Of a DNA stretch of 64,000 nt, positions 54,579-64,000 are shown one piece after another (position 1 is the stretch's first letter; each line of letters begins with the position of its first letter). The position numbers were made by a program, and so were the translations under genes. Where the stretch lies: contig JAUICQ010000001.1 of NCBI GenBank assembly GCA_030427425.1, forward strand, positions 46,665-110,664. Reading direction: 5' to 3'. Source of the stretch: Fimbriimonadia bacterium. GTDB lineage: Bacteria > Armatimonadota > Fimbriimonadia > Fimbriimonadales > Fimbriimonadaceae. Under the pieces are notes generated by a model. It saw only the letters and a list, made by a program, of their open reading frames with translations, was not told the origin of the DNA and made no database searches.

Positions 54579-56810
54579 ATGTCAAAGATTAAAAAACAAT
54601 CCAAAATTAAAGGTCAAAGTTCTAAAGATTCGATTGATATCTTAGGAATATTAGTACTATCGATATCTCTTCTAATATTAACCAGCTTATTTCTTGGTGA
54701 TACTGGTATTGTAGGTTCATCCATAAAATGGTTGTTAGAAATATTATTTGGTGAAGCAACATGGATTGCCCCAGTCTTATTAGTATTTTATAGTTATACT
54801 CTACTTACTAGATGGAAAAAGCGTTCAAATAGTAAAAGCCAATACGGTATATTGTGTATTTTTATATCTATATTGGGTTATTTAGGAGCCAGTAGCGGTT
54901 CTACTATTTTAGATATTAACAGTATTCCCAAAGAGGGCGGTTATACAGGAGCTATAGTTGGATGGGTGTTCGTGCAATTATTAGGAAAAGCTGCTCCATT
55001 AGGATTTTTAACGCTAGCTCTAGTGGGTTGCGTGCTCTGTTTAGATAGGCCACTCTACGAAATATGGCTACAACTTAGGGAACGACTCCAAAACTACAAG
55101 CAGAAAGAATACGATACAAATGAATCCTACGCAAAAAATTCACGGTTGGCATTAGATTCGAATTCAAGTAGTAATATGCAGGGCAAACTAGAATCAAGTA
55201 ATAGCTTTAATATTAAGCAAGCCGTCATTGAAAGAGTAACTAAGCCTACAATTAAAGACATAAATACCCCAGTGCTAATTTCGGACACACCCATACCTAA
55301 AGAAGGTTATACTTTACCTCCTCTCACTTTATTAGTAGAACCAAAAGAGAAGTATGTGCGTACTAAAGAAGAAGTAGAAAGAAATATAAAAACATTAGAG
55401 GGGACTCTAGAACAGTTCAAAATAGATGCTAATGTAGTAGAAATAGCAAACGGACCCACTATCACCCGTTATGAAATACAATTAGGACCAGGGATCCGAG
55501 TCTCTAGAATTACAGCGCTTGCCGATAATATTGCCATGAGCATGGCTGCTTCTCATGTAAGAGTGGAAGCGCCTATTCCTGGAAAAAGCGCTATCGGTGT
55601 AGAAGTACCTAACGATAGACCATCCGCTGTTACTTTAAGAGAACTTTGCGAGTCTGAAGAGTTTGTCAATTCCGATTCCAGACTGTTATTTACTGTAGGT
55701 AAGGACGTAAGTGGCATAAACAGGTATGCCGATCTAACAAAGATGCCTCACTTACTGATAGGCGGGGCTACCAATAGCGGAAAATCGATAGGTCTCGCCA
55801 GTATTATCACATCCTTATTATTACGAAATACTCCAAAAGATCTAAAGTTTGTTATGATAGATCCAAAACGTGTAGAACTTTCTCTATTCGATGGTATTCC
55901 ACACTTAATGCATCCTGTAGTTAAAAATGTAAAAGAAGCACCAGGAGTATTGAGAGCCGTTTGGCGAGAAATGGATATGAGATATGAGAAACTTTCTGAA
56001 GCGGGTGTTCGAAATATCGATAGCTGGAATGAAAAAGCTAGTTTTCAGGACAGGATGTCCTACATAGTAGTTGTCATAGACGAATTAGCAGACTTAATGA
56101 TGCAATCTGCAGCTGAAGTAGAATCTTCTATCTGTAGATTGGCTCAGTTGGCTAGGGCAACAGGGATACATCTTGTAATTGCCACTCAGCGACCTTCAGT
56201 AGATGTTATAACCGGTACTATTAAGGCCAATATCGCATCAAGAATGGCTTTTTCCGTATCCTCACAAATAGATTCAAGAACCATATTAGATTCTGCCGGA
56301 GCAGAAAGATTAATTGGCAGGGGAGACATGTTATTCTATCCAATAGGTGCTAGTAAGGCAACTAGAATACAAGGATGTTATGTGTCTGAAAAAGAGATAG
56401 AAGAAGTCTGTAAACACTGGGTATCACAAGAACAGCCACAGTACATACTTAACCCAATCCAGGTTGCTATGGAGCAAAAAGAAGCAGAAATGCAAAATCA
56501 GGAGATGGATCCATTGTGGGAAGAAGTTGTTAAATGGATAGTGGAAAAAGGTCAGGCATCCACCTCTATGATACAGAGACGTTTCTCTATAGGGTTCCAG
56601 AGAGCATCTAGACTTCTTGATACCATGGAAGAGCAGGGAATAGTAGGTCCGAGAGAGGGATCGAAGCCAAGAGATGTACTAAAGAATATATTAGATATAG
56701 AGATGATGTTTTCCAATAAAGCTGGGTCAGTACTGATGCCAAGCTCCTATACTAGAGATAGTTCTGATGATGATATCCGAGAACTATCCGATACATTATC
56801 GCAACCTTAA
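54579..56810 (+). CDS. ftsK: DNA translocase FtsK/SpoIIIE
   Basis: N-terminal TM domain, linker. Motor domain with GGATNSGKS (Walker A) and VVVIDELADLMM (Walker B). C-terminal gamma wHTH (STSMIQRRFSIGFQRASRLLDTMEEQGIVGP). Confidence 0.9.
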   Translation: MSKIKKQSKIKGQSSKDSIDILGILVLSISLLILTSLFLGDTGIVGSSIKWLLEILFGEATWIAPVLLVFYSYTLLTRWKKRSNSKSQYGILCIFISILGYLGASSGSTILDINSIPKEGGYTGAIVGWVFVQLLGKAAPLGFLTLALVGCVLCLDRPLYEIWLQLRERLQNYKQKEYDTNESYAKNSRLALDSNSSSNMQGKLESSNSFNIKQAVIERVTKPTIKDINTPVLISDTPIPKEGYTLPPLTLLVEPKEKYVRTKEEVERNIKTLEGTLEQFKIDANVVEIANGPTITRYEIQLGPGIRVSRITALADNIAMSMAASHVRVEAPIPGKSAIGVEVPNDRPSAVTLRELCESEEFVNSDSRLLFTVGKDVSGINRYADLTKMPHLLIGGATNSGKSIGLASIITSLLLRNTPKDLKFVMIDPKRVELSLFDGIPHLMHPVVKNVKEAPGVLRAVWREMDMRYEKLSEAGVRNIDSWNEKASFQDRMSYIVVVIDELADLMMQSAAEVESSICRLAQLARATGIHLVIATQRPSVDVITGTIKANIASRMAFSVSSQIDSRTILDSAGAERLIGRGDMLFYPIGASKATRIQGCYVSEKEIEEVCKHWVSQEQPQYILNPIQVAMEQKEAEMQNQEMDPLWEEVVKWIVEKGQASTSMIQRRFSIGFQRASRLLDTMEEQGIVGPREGSKPRDVLKNILDIEMMFSNKAGSVLMPSSYTRDSSDDDIRELSDTLSQP

Positions 56811-56859
56811 ATTTTTTGATGGGTATAAGATATAACAATTATGTTCCAATAATTATTAT

Positions 56860-57234
56860 ATGAAAATATACTCCGATAATTCTAACAAAAATTTATCCAA
56901 TAAAGAGAAAGGTAAAAATTCTGAATTACTTGCTAGAAGGTATTTGGAACATAAAGGTTATTCTTTTGTAGAATCTAACTATTACTGTAGATATGGCGAG
57001 ATAGATGTAATATGCAAAGATTTAGATACAGTTGTATTTGTAGAAGTTAGAATGAGAAGTGGTAAATATTGTACTCCTGAAGAGAGCATTACTTGGAGAA
57101 AAAAAGAAAGGCTTTATAATAGCATTATGAATTATACTATGGAACACAAATTAGAAAATACTCATATAAGGTTTGATGTCGTTGCTGTAGATAATAGGGA
57201 GTTAAGACATTATAAGGCTGTATCCTTAGAGTAG
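56860..57234 (+). CDS. yraN: YraN-family endonuclease (UPF0102)
   Basis: ELLARRYLEHKGYSFVESNYYCRYGEIDVICKD...VVFVEVRMRS, the typical YraN core. Confidence 0.8.
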   Translation: MKIYSDNSNKNLSNKEKGKNSELLARRYLEHKGYSFVESNYYCRYGEIDVICKDLDTVVFVEVRMRSGKYCTPEESITWRKKERLYNSIMNYTMEHKLENTHIRFDVVAVDNRELRHYKAVSLE

Positions 57235-57242
57235 GTGGTATT

Positions 57243-57275
57243 TTACAGCCGTATTGAATTTCAATACGGCTGTAA
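57243..57275. terminator. 15-bp perfect hairpin between convergent yraN and rnj
   Basis: ttacagccgtattga / tcaatacggctgtaa. T-rich tail on the plus strand. The rnj stop lies 2 nt away. Confidence 0.7.
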
Positions 57276-57276
57276 T

Positions 57277-58926
57277 CTATTTTAAATTAATTATTGATAC
57301 TAATATAGCAGGTTTGTGCTGATATTTTTTATACATCCATTGTGAAGTGAAATCTGATAATGATGCCTGAATAGCTTCAGGAGATAACCCTTTAATAGCT
57401 TTGTTGGATTGAACATAGTCGGAAAGAGTGGACTTTAGCTGTTTCAATGCCTGGTTGTTTCCAGAAAACCCTTTCGCATCAATCTCTAGTGCAGTTAAAA
57501 TATTTTTACTAGCCTTATTAAGCGCAATACTTAAAGAAATAACTCCATCTCTAGACAGGGACGCTCTCTCTTTTAGCACATCGCTGGTTACGCCTGGTTT
57601 GCCGCTACTATCTACTAATTGTTCTCCTGCAGATACAGGAAGCTCTACAGTTGCACTCGATTCTGTAATACTTAATGGTGAACCATTAGAGAGTGTAAAT
57701 ATTCTGTGTTCAGGATAACCCATCTTTCTTGCCATACGACAGTAGAGGTCTTGATGTCTAGGTTCTCCATGGATAGGAGCGAGATAGAATGGTCTTACTA
57801 GATTAATCATCATCTTAAGCTCTTCTTGATGTCCATGACCAGATACGTGAATTGTAGTAGGTGTATCGTAGATAACGTTTGCTCCTATTTTAAACAATCT
57901 ATTTACTGTTCTCCATATGGCTGCTTCGTTTCCTGGAATAGGTCTGGCTGAGTAAAGTATGGTATCTCCTTCCATAATTTTAAGTCTGGAGTATTCATCT
58001 TTAGACATTTGGACCAGTGCTGAGAGGGGCTCTCCCTGACTCCCGGTAGTAAGTATGACAACTTCTTCAGGATTATATTTATTTAATTCATTGAGTCGGA
58101 TACGTACTTTATTACTAATTTTCATGTATCCTAACTTGGCACAGGTTTCAACACTCTGCTCCATTCTTCTACCAGCAATAGCTACTTTTCTTCCAGTCTG
58201 TTCTGCTATATCGAATGCTTGTTGCATTCGATGGATATTACTAGCAAAGGTTGTCATTAAAATTCTTCCAGGTGCTTCAGTAAATACTTTGCGTAGTCCT
58301 TCGCTGACACTTTTTTCACTCTGAGACCAACCTTCTCTTTCAACATTGGTGCTATCAGAGAGGAGGCATACGACACCTTCTGAAGCGAGCTCTGAGAGTC
58401 GATTAATTTCAGTTAGTTTTCCATCTACCGGAGTGAAATCGAACTTGAAATCACCAGTAAATAAGACTATACCGTGCATGGTTCTTATCGCCATTGCGCA
58501 GTTGCCTGGAATCGAGTGTGTAATTCTAATTGGTTCTACACTTAGTGATCCTGTTTTAATTATTTCACCCGATTTAATCTCTATAAATTTTACTTTTGAG
58601 ATGTCCATTTTTTCACTAAGTTTTGCTTTTAACATTTCAATAGTGAAGTGGGTTGCATAAATGGGGCATTTTACTTTAGGAATGAGAAAGCCTAATGCGC
58701 CAACATGATCTTCATGTGCATGGGTAAGAAATATTCCTTTTAATTTATTCTTATTCTCTATAATGTAAGTGAAATCGGGAATGACGATATCTATACCGTG
58801 CATCTCTTCATTAGGGAAAGAGAGTCCGCAGTCTATGACGATCATATCATCATTTTGGACTACTACACTACAGTTCTTTCCAATTTCCCCTGCTCCACCT
58901 AGAGGTATTACTTGTACATTGTTCAT
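57277..58926 (-). CDS. rnj: Ribonuclease J (metallo-beta-lactamase / beta-CASP)
   Basis: IPLGGAGEIGKN, THAHEDHVGA (HxHxDH), beta-CASP and C-terminal domains. 549 aa. Confidence 0.9.
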   Translation of the reverse strand: MNNVQVIPLGGAGEIGKNCSVVVQNDDMIVIDCGLSFPNEEMHGIDIVIPDFTYIIENKNKLKGIFLTHAHEDHVGALGFLIPKVKCPIYATHFTIEMLKAKLSEKMDISKVKFIEIKSGEIIKTGSLSVEPIRITHSIPGNCAMAIRTMHGIVLFTGDFKFDFTPVDGKLTEINRLSELASEGVVCLLSDSTNVEREGWSQSEKSVSEGLRKVFTEAPGRILMTTFASNIHRMQQAFDIAEQTGRKVAIAGRRMEQSVETCAKLGYMKISNKVRIRLNELNKYNPEEVVILTTGSQGEPLSALVQMSKDEYSRLKIMEGDTILYSARPIPGNEAAIWRTVNRLFKIGANVIYDTPTTIHVSGHGHQEELKMMINLVRPFYLAPIHGEPRHQDLYCRMARKMGYPEHRIFTLSNGSPLSITESSATVELPVSAGEQLVDSSGKPGVTSDVLKERASLSRDGVISLSIALNKASKNILTALEIDAKGFSGNNQALKQLKSTLSDYVQSNKAIKGLSPEAIQASLSDFTSQWMYKKYQHKPAILVSIINLK

Positions 58927-59148
58927 ATTGTAAATAATAACTTACTAACAGAAACATACAAATATTGGATTTGATATTTAAACTATTGTATACAGATATA
59001 TGAAAAAATTGTGTGAATCCAACTATTTCTTTTAACCCTTGACATATATAATATATATAATGTGTATACTGGCTTGTATGTGCTGTTATAAAGTTGTTTT
59101 TCTCCTTTTAATTTAATTTCCTATAATAATCGTATCATAATTTTATAG

Positions 59149-60261
59149 CTAATGAATATATTTTCTAATTTCTTCTGCAATAATACCCATCGATGTCCTA
59201 TCTCCAGTTGAAGTTGGTAGAGTATTTTTAGTATAAGATACGAAGGGGACATACTCTCTGGAATGATCGGTACTTTTAGTGGTAGGATCGTTCCCGTGGT
59301 CGGCTGTAAGTATAATCATGGTATTATCGCCAATTAAATTTAGTATAATTCCTAAGTATTTATCAAATTCTTCTAAGCATTTTCCGAATCCTGTTACATC
59401 ATTGCGATGGCCGTATAACATATCAAAGTCTTCAAAATTTGCAAAGATAAATTTTGAATCTGTTTTCATTGCTTCTAACAGCATTTCAAAATGCTCTTTA
59501 TTATTCTGAGTCCTTTTAACTTTTTTAAACCCTCTGCCATTGAATAGTTCAGGAACAACCCCAATGCCGAATACTTCTGACTCAAATTGCTCATTATATT
59601 CATCTACATAATTAATCGGTGCGGGTAATGGATAATCTTTTCTATTCTGGGTGCGAGTAAATCCCTTCTGAATATTACCAATGAATGGTCTTGCGATAAT
59701 TCTTTGTATGTTATTAGGCTCTTTACATATGTTTCTAGCTTTTATACAGATTTCGTACAGTTTTTCTAAGGGAATAATCTCTTCATGAGCTGCAATCTGC
59801 ATTACGCTATCAGCGCTAGTATATAGTATTGGATGCTTTGTATTGATGTGCAGTTCTCCTAGTTCACTTATAATTTGAGTACCGCTTGCTGCTTTATTAC
59901 CTATAAAAGTTGTACTGCAAGTTTCTTCTATACTTTTAATAAGGTTACTGGGGAATCCGGTTGGATAGGTAGGGAATGGTTGTTCAGTAACAATCCCCAT
60001 CATCTCCCAATGACCCGTTACGGAGTCCTTGCCTCTAGATAATGGTAGAATTCTTCCATAATTACCATAACAGACTCTTCCTGGAACACCACATGCATTT
60101 AAAAATCCTATCTTTTCTAGATTTGGCAATTGTAAAGGCGGATTGTTTTTAATTACATTATAAATAGTTGATGCAGGCTGAGTTTCGTCGAATTCATTAT
60201 AGTCCGGTGTGCTTCCTGCACCGCATCCATCAAGTACAATGAGTATGACACGATTTTCCAT
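59149..60261 (-). CDS. deoB: Phosphopentomutase
   Basis: ILIVLDGCGAG, GKDSVTGHWEMMG, LTADHGNDPT motifs of DeoB. Confidence 0.9.
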   Translation of the reverse strand: MENRVILIVLDGCGAGSTPDYNEFDETQPASTIYNVIKNNPPLQLPNLEKIGFLNACGVPGRVCYGNYGRILPLSRGKDSVTGHWEMMGIVTEQPFPTYPTGFPSNLIKSIEETCSTTFIGNKAASGTQIISELGELHINTKHPILYTSADSVMQIAAHEEIIPLEKLYEICIKARNICKEPNNIQRIIARPFIGNIQKGFTRTQNRKDYPLPAPINYVDEYNEQFESEVFGIGVVPELFNGRGFKKVKRTQNNKEHFEMLLEAMKTDSKFIFANFEDFDMLYGHRNDVTGFGKCLEEFDKYLGIILNLIGDNTMIILTADHGNDPTTKSTDHSREYVPFVSYTKNTLPTSTGDRTSMGIIAEEIRKYIH

Positions 60262-60274
60262 TAGATAAAAAAAA

Positions 60275-60350
60275 TGGCGCCCCCGACAGGATTCGAACCT
60301 GTGGCCAACAGCTTAGAAGGCTGCTGCTCTATCCACTGAGCTACAGGGGC
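60275..60350 (-). tRNA. tRNA-Arg (anticodon UCU), CCA encoded
   Basis: Reverse complement GCCCCTGTAGCTCAGTGGATAGAGCAGCAGCCTTCTAAGCTGTTGGCCACAGGTTCGAATCCTGTCGGGGGCGCCA. Cloverleaf with anticodon loop CU-UCU-AA. Confidence 0.95.
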
Positions 60351-60514
60351 GCTTACATATTTATTATACACAATATAATTTAGTATTATTTGTAAATTTA
60401 AGTCTTCATGAGAAAAATATTATATAGATATTTGTAAAAACACTGCTGAATAAGGACTTGAATTTAGAAATATGGTACATATTTATTGTAATATAATACT
60501 TATAGAGGTCTGTA

Positions 60515-61492
60515 TTGATTCCTGACAAGAACATTTCAAAAAAGTTTTTATATATATTAAATAATGCAAAAAACGTATTAATAACTTCACACTTAAATCC
60601 TGACGGGGATGCTATTGGTTCTTGTATAGCTCTATCTTACTATTTAGATGGGATAGGAATAAAAAACGAAATTGTACTAAATAATTTGCCATCCGACTCA
60701 CTTAGTTTTTTAAATGGATTTGATAAAATAAAGACCGATACTGATACTAAATCTTTCGACTTATGTGTAGTAATGGATCTTAGTAACAGAGCTAGATTGG
60801 GCAAAGTGAGTAACTATCTTGATAGATGTGAATATATTTTGCTGGTAGATCATCATGTTCCTGATGAAGTTTTTGGAGATTTCCGTATCATAGATAGTTC
60901 CGCTCCAGCTACAACATATGTTCTTACTAGAATGTTCCAGATGGAAAGAGTGTCCATTACGCCTCAAATAGCAAATGCATTGCTAATAGGTATAGTAACT
61001 GATACTAGTCATTTCCGGAATCAGAATACAAGTGCTGCATCTTTGGCTGTTGCTGCTTATTTAATGGAGCAAGGTGGAGACTTGCTTGAGATTACGACTA
61101 AAACGCTAGAAAGACCTAAGGAAGGTATAACCCTTGTAACCTATGCTTATAATAATCTCAAAATATGTTCTCATGGTAAAGTGTGTTGGACGTCATTGCC
61201 TTTTTCAATATTTGAATCAACTGGTACTGATGAATCTCATTCAGAAGGTATTGTAAACGATTTATTAAATATTAGTGGTGTTGAATACGCAGTAATCTTC
61301 AAAGAGACGAATCCAGGTTTCATAAGAGTAAGCTTTAGGTGTGTACCAGGAAAAGATGTTGCTAAAGTAGCTAATATTTTCGGTGGTGGTGGACATGTTG
61401 CAGCTGCAGGTTGTACCATTGAAGGTAATTTAGATGATGTAATGCCAAAAGTGATTAATGAGTTAGATAAATGTTTGGAATCTACTGTGTAA
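60515..61492 (+). CDS. nrnA: DHH-family phosphoesterase (NrnA-type oligoribonuclease / pAp phosphatase)
   Basis: HLNPDGDAIGS, VDHH, DTSHF, GGGGHVAAAG (DHHA1 GGGH). TTG start. Confidence 0.8.
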   Translation: MIPDKNISKKFLYILNNAKNVLITSHLNPDGDAIGSCIALSYYLDGIGIKNEIVLNNLPSDSLSFLNGFDKIKTDTDTKSFDLCVVMDLSNRARLGKVSNYLDRCEYILLVDHHVPDEVFGDFRIIDSSAPATTYVLTRMFQMERVSITPQIANALLIGIVTDTSHFRNQNTSAASLAVAAYLMEQGGDLLEITTKTLERPKEGITLVTYAYNNLKICSHGKVCWTSLPFSIFESTGTDESHSEGIVNDLLNISGVEYAVIFKETNPGFIRVSFRCVPGKDVAKVANIFGGGGHVAAAGCTIEGNLDDVMPKVINELDKCLESTV

Positions 61493-62352
61493 ACAAGCCT
61501 TTTGGGCCTACTTCTCATCAAATAGTAAATGCTGTAAGAAGAAAAATCGGAATTAAAAAATGTGGTCATACTGGCACACTGGATCCTTTTGCTTCTGGAG
61601 TTTTGCCGGTAGTTTACGGATCGGCAACCAGGCTTATACAGTATCTCCAATTAGAACCCAAAGAGTATATAGCAACTATAAAACTCGGTGTAACTTCTAC
61701 TACATATGATATGGAAGGTGAGCTTACTATACACAACGAAAATCTAGTAATAGATAGTAGGGAAGTTAGTGAAATCTTAAAATTGTTTACAGGAAGAATT
61801 GTTCAATATCCTCCAATATTTAGTGCAGTTAAAGTGAAAGGAAAAGCTTTATACCGTTATGCTAGAGATGGGGATGATGATATAGAAATACCTAGTAGGG
61901 AAGTTGAAATATTTAAACTAGACATAATATCTGTTGAAAGCGATGTTTTGAAATTAAAAATAGAATGTTCATCGGGAACCTACATCAGAAGTCTGGCACA
62001 TGATATAGGATCTAAGCTAGGTTGCGGAGCATGTTTGTCTGGTTTAATGCGTACTAGGGTGGGGCCATACCATATAGATGATGCTATACACCCAGACGAT
62101 ATTCATGATAACAATACCTCCAATCTGATGCCGGCATTAGATTATATGAATAAAGTAATTTTATATAATCAGGATGTGATATGTTTTAATTCAGGTAGAA
62201 CTAGGCCCAATTCTAGCATTAAGGAAGATGAAAGTGGTGATGTCTTAGTACTAGATTCTAATCGGAGCTTATTGGGAATCGGTTCTCTCTCAGAGGGTTA
62301 TCTAAAACCATCTATTGTAATAAATGCATCTAAAGGTTGTAAATTATTGTAA
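61471..62352 (+). CDS. truB: tRNA pseudouridine(55) synthase
   Basis: KPFGPTSHQIV, GHTGTLDPFASGVLPV (catalytic Asp), YPPIFSAVKVKGKALY, GTYIRSL. Confidence 0.9.
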   Translation: MFGIYCVNKPFGPTSHQIVNAVRRKIGIKKCGHTGTLDPFASGVLPVVYGSATRLIQYLQLEPKEYIATIKLGVTSTTYDMEGELTIHNENLVIDSREVSEILKLFTGRIVQYPPIFSAVKVKGKALYRYARDGDDDIEIPSREVEIFKLDIISVESDVLKLKIECSSGTYIRSLAHDIGSKLGCGACLSGLMRTRVGPYHIDDAIHPDDIHDNNTSNLMPALDYMNKVILYNQDVICFNSGRTRPNSSIKEDESGDVLVLDSNRSLLGIGSLSEGYLKPSIVINASKGCKLL

Positions 62353-62365
62353 AATTTATAACGGT

Positions 62366-63103
62366 ATGGGAAAAGAGAGAGAGAGGATTAAGCGAAGAAT
62401 ATACTTAGATAGAGTTCTGACGTGTTTATTAGTTATCAATATCCTGGCAGGTATCTTATTTAGTAGAATAACAGCTATTAGAAGAGTTAATGTTGAAAAT
62501 GTTCCTCTAGAGCAATATCAATCAGTTACGGATAAGCTACAATATCTGAAAAATACGCCGATTCTACATGTTTCTTGGAACACCCTGTTGACAGAATTGT
62601 TAAATATATCAGAGTTTTCTGATGTTGATTGCTCCTATTTTCCTGTAATAAGTAATTTAACATTTCAAAAGAGGAAATTCGTGGCAAACATAGATTTTAA
62701 TAAGAAAACCACAACGGAGGAATGTTGTATTGGCATGACTGCAGACGGTAAAGTAATAGAAAATTCAACTAATAACTCAATGGATTTAATTAAAATTCTT
62801 TTGTCTGATGATGTGTCTGAATTAACTGCTAGTTTTACGGTTAATACCCCATTGAAAAAATTTTCCGATTCTATAAATATTATTCAGCAAAAAATTCCCG
62901 AATCTGTTGATTCTTTTAATGTTGATTCTAAAGGCAATCTCATTATTAATTTAAAACTAGGTGGAGAAGTGCTCCTCGGTAATCCGAATTTACTCGATGA
63001 AAAAATAGATATACTACATAAAATACTTCATGAAAAGCTTGATGAAAAATTGAATTTTAAGAAAATCAATTTAATAAATCCTCGAGCAGTTACTTACTTT
63101 TAA
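62366..63103 (+). CDS. Membrane-anchored hypothetical protein, possibly FtsQ/DivIB-like (POTRA)
   Basis: Basic N-terminus plus one TM (VLTCLLVINILAGILF), then IRRVNVENVP...ILHVSWNTLLTELL resembling the POTRA entry of FtsQ. Precedes a DUF881 division-associated gene. ATG 62366 is preferred over 62324, which overlaps truB. Confidence 0.35.
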   Translation: MGKERERIKRRIYLDRVLTCLLVINILAGILFSRITAIRRVNVENVPLEQYQSVTDKLQYLKNTPILHVSWNTLLTELLNISEFSDVDCSYFPVISNLTFQKRKFVANIDFNKKTTTEECCIGMTADGKVIENSTNNSMDLIKILLSDDVSELTASFTVNTPLKKFSDSINIIQQKIPESVDSFNVDSKGNLIINLKLGGEVLLGNPNLLDEKIDILHKILHEKLDEKLNFKKINLINPRAVTYF

Positions 63104-63179
63104 ATTTAGTTTCTATATCTATTTCTAAATAAGAGTTAAACTAGGTAAAAATGCTATTTTTTTAGGTACTCTCTAGATA

Positions 63180-63959
63180 ATGAACAGCAACAAATTATAT
63201 GATGAGCTCTTTGATAGTAGTAATTGGATTTTTCCTGTTAGTTTGTTGTCCTTAGTTTCAGGAATATGTATTTCTATTGGCTGGATGAATACAGATAATA
63301 GAAGTAAAGTTTTGGAAAAACTAGATGCTGAACAGCGAGTGCGAATCAATTTTGGCAACTTCGATCTCTCGGCAGAATATAATAAGCAATTAGAAGAAGT
63401 AAAGAAATTAAGAGAAGAAAATACTAAATTCCAAAATGCAGTAGCAGAAAAAACAGGTCATGCCAAACTCCTTAATGAAAGCCTGCAAGAACTTAAAATG
63501 TACGCCGGATTTACTCAGCTCGAAGGCCCAGGAGTTTTAATAACATTAAAAGACTTTGTGAGTAAAGAGAGACAATCTGCGCTATTTGGGAATATCAATT
63601 ACGAAATAATACATTCGTCCGATCTTTTAGATGTTGCAAATCTGTTATGGAATGCGGGGGCTGAAGCTATTTCTATCAATTCGCAAAGAATTGCACAAGG
63701 TTCTCATTTCTGGTGTTTTGGAAGTACCATCAGAATAAATGGTGTTCAAACTTCGTCACCTTTTTATATTAAAGCCATAGGAGATCCTGATACACTTTTT
63801 GGAGCTGTACTTTTGCCAGGAGAAAGGATAAATCAGATTATGACCCTAGGAAATGAAGACATGGTGAAAGTTGAAAAAGTAGACAAAATAATAATCCCCG
63901 CATATTCGGGAACTACTATTCTTAAACATGCCAAAATACCAGATGGTGAATCTTTATGA
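63180..63959 (+). CDS. DUF881-domain protein (division-associated, YlxW/YlxX-like)
   Basis: N-terminal TM, coiled coil, then LEGPGVLITLKD...IHSSDLLDVANLLWNAGAEAISINSQRI...IKAIGDPDTL, the characteristic DUF881 core. Confidence 0.8.
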   Translation: MNSNKLYDELFDSSNWIFPVSLLSLVSGICISIGWMNTDNRSKVLEKLDAEQRVRINFGNFDLSAEYNKQLEEVKKLREENTKFQNAVAEKTGHAKLLNESLQELKMYAGFTQLEGPGVLITLKDFVSKERQSALFGNINYEIIHSSDLLDVANLLWNAGAEAISINSQRIAQGSHFWCFGSTIRINGVQTSSPFYIKAIGDPDTLFGAVLLPGERINQIMTLGNEDMVKVEKVDKIIIPAYSGTTILKHAKIPDGESL

Positions 63960-64000
63960 AGTGGTTAATCATTTTTTTGTCGTTTATATCGGGCTTGTTT
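63957..64000 (+). CDS. Start of a further ORF, truncated by the window end (hydrophobic N-terminus)
   Basis: ATGA overlap with the DUF881 stop. MKWLIIFLSFISGLF... Only 14 codons are visible. Confidence 0.3.

Noticed and set aside
59039-59070. Plus-strand TTGACA followed by TATA-rich sequence between rnj and deoB, as a promoter for an antisense or small RNA
   Set aside because: No -10 hexamer sits at a workable 16-18 nt spacing: TATAAT is 11 nt away and TATACT 20 nt away. No plus-strand gene or terminator follows. The AT-rich region more likely holds the minus-strand rnj promoter.
1-64000. Search for mobile elements, prophage, defence islands (restriction-modification, CBASS, retrons, toxin-antitoxin pairs), rRNA and CRISPR
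   Set aside because: No integrase, transposase, recombinase, phage structural, RT, nuclease-ATPase or methyltransferase signatures were seen in any listed ORF. No terminal inverted repeats bracket a gene set. The only toxin-family gene (Fic) is the auto-inhibited class II type.

Overview
AT-rich (by eye about mid-30s % GC), densely coding chromosomal window from a flagellated diderm bacterium. I cannot assign a lineage from sequence alone. I count about 55 protein genes on both strands and 2 tRNAs (Ser-UGA, Arg-UCU, both with encoded CCA). I found no rRNA, CRISPR array, transposase, integrase, phage genes or canonical defence genes. Most of the window is housekeeping: pgk, valS, mazG, tgt, trxB, lnt, ubiX, rplA, rpmB, ftsK, rnj, deoB, nrnA, truB, murJ, secG, class A PBP, plsC, htpX, cinA, dnaJ-hspR and an sdhA/frdA-type flavoprotein. 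Motility and chemotaxis genes are scattered through it: motAB, an MCP, flagellin, and a PilZ protein next to a protein with two flagellin IN motifs. Accessory or unusual content: (1) five 51-bp tandem repeats built from alternating TGAAATAAG/CTTATTTCA half-sites between tgt and a class II Fic gene; (2) a ~330-bp ORF-free, GC-elevated, helix-rich segment beside tRNA-Ser that matches no RNA family I can recognise; (3) a second GC-elevated patch upstream of the PilZ gene that shares a 24-nt motif with it; (4) a four-gene pseudopilin/minor-pilin cassette with no assembly genes nearby; (5) several secreted proteins of unknown function (a 93-aa-module repeat protein, an LRR protein, an Arg/Ser-rich protein); (6) a thioredoxin reductase ORF with a lipoprotein-type signal peptide. 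I cannot point to a clear multi-gene novel system. The repeat array at the Fic locus and the unclassified structured segment are the best leads. All calls come from reading motifs by eye; no database search was run.
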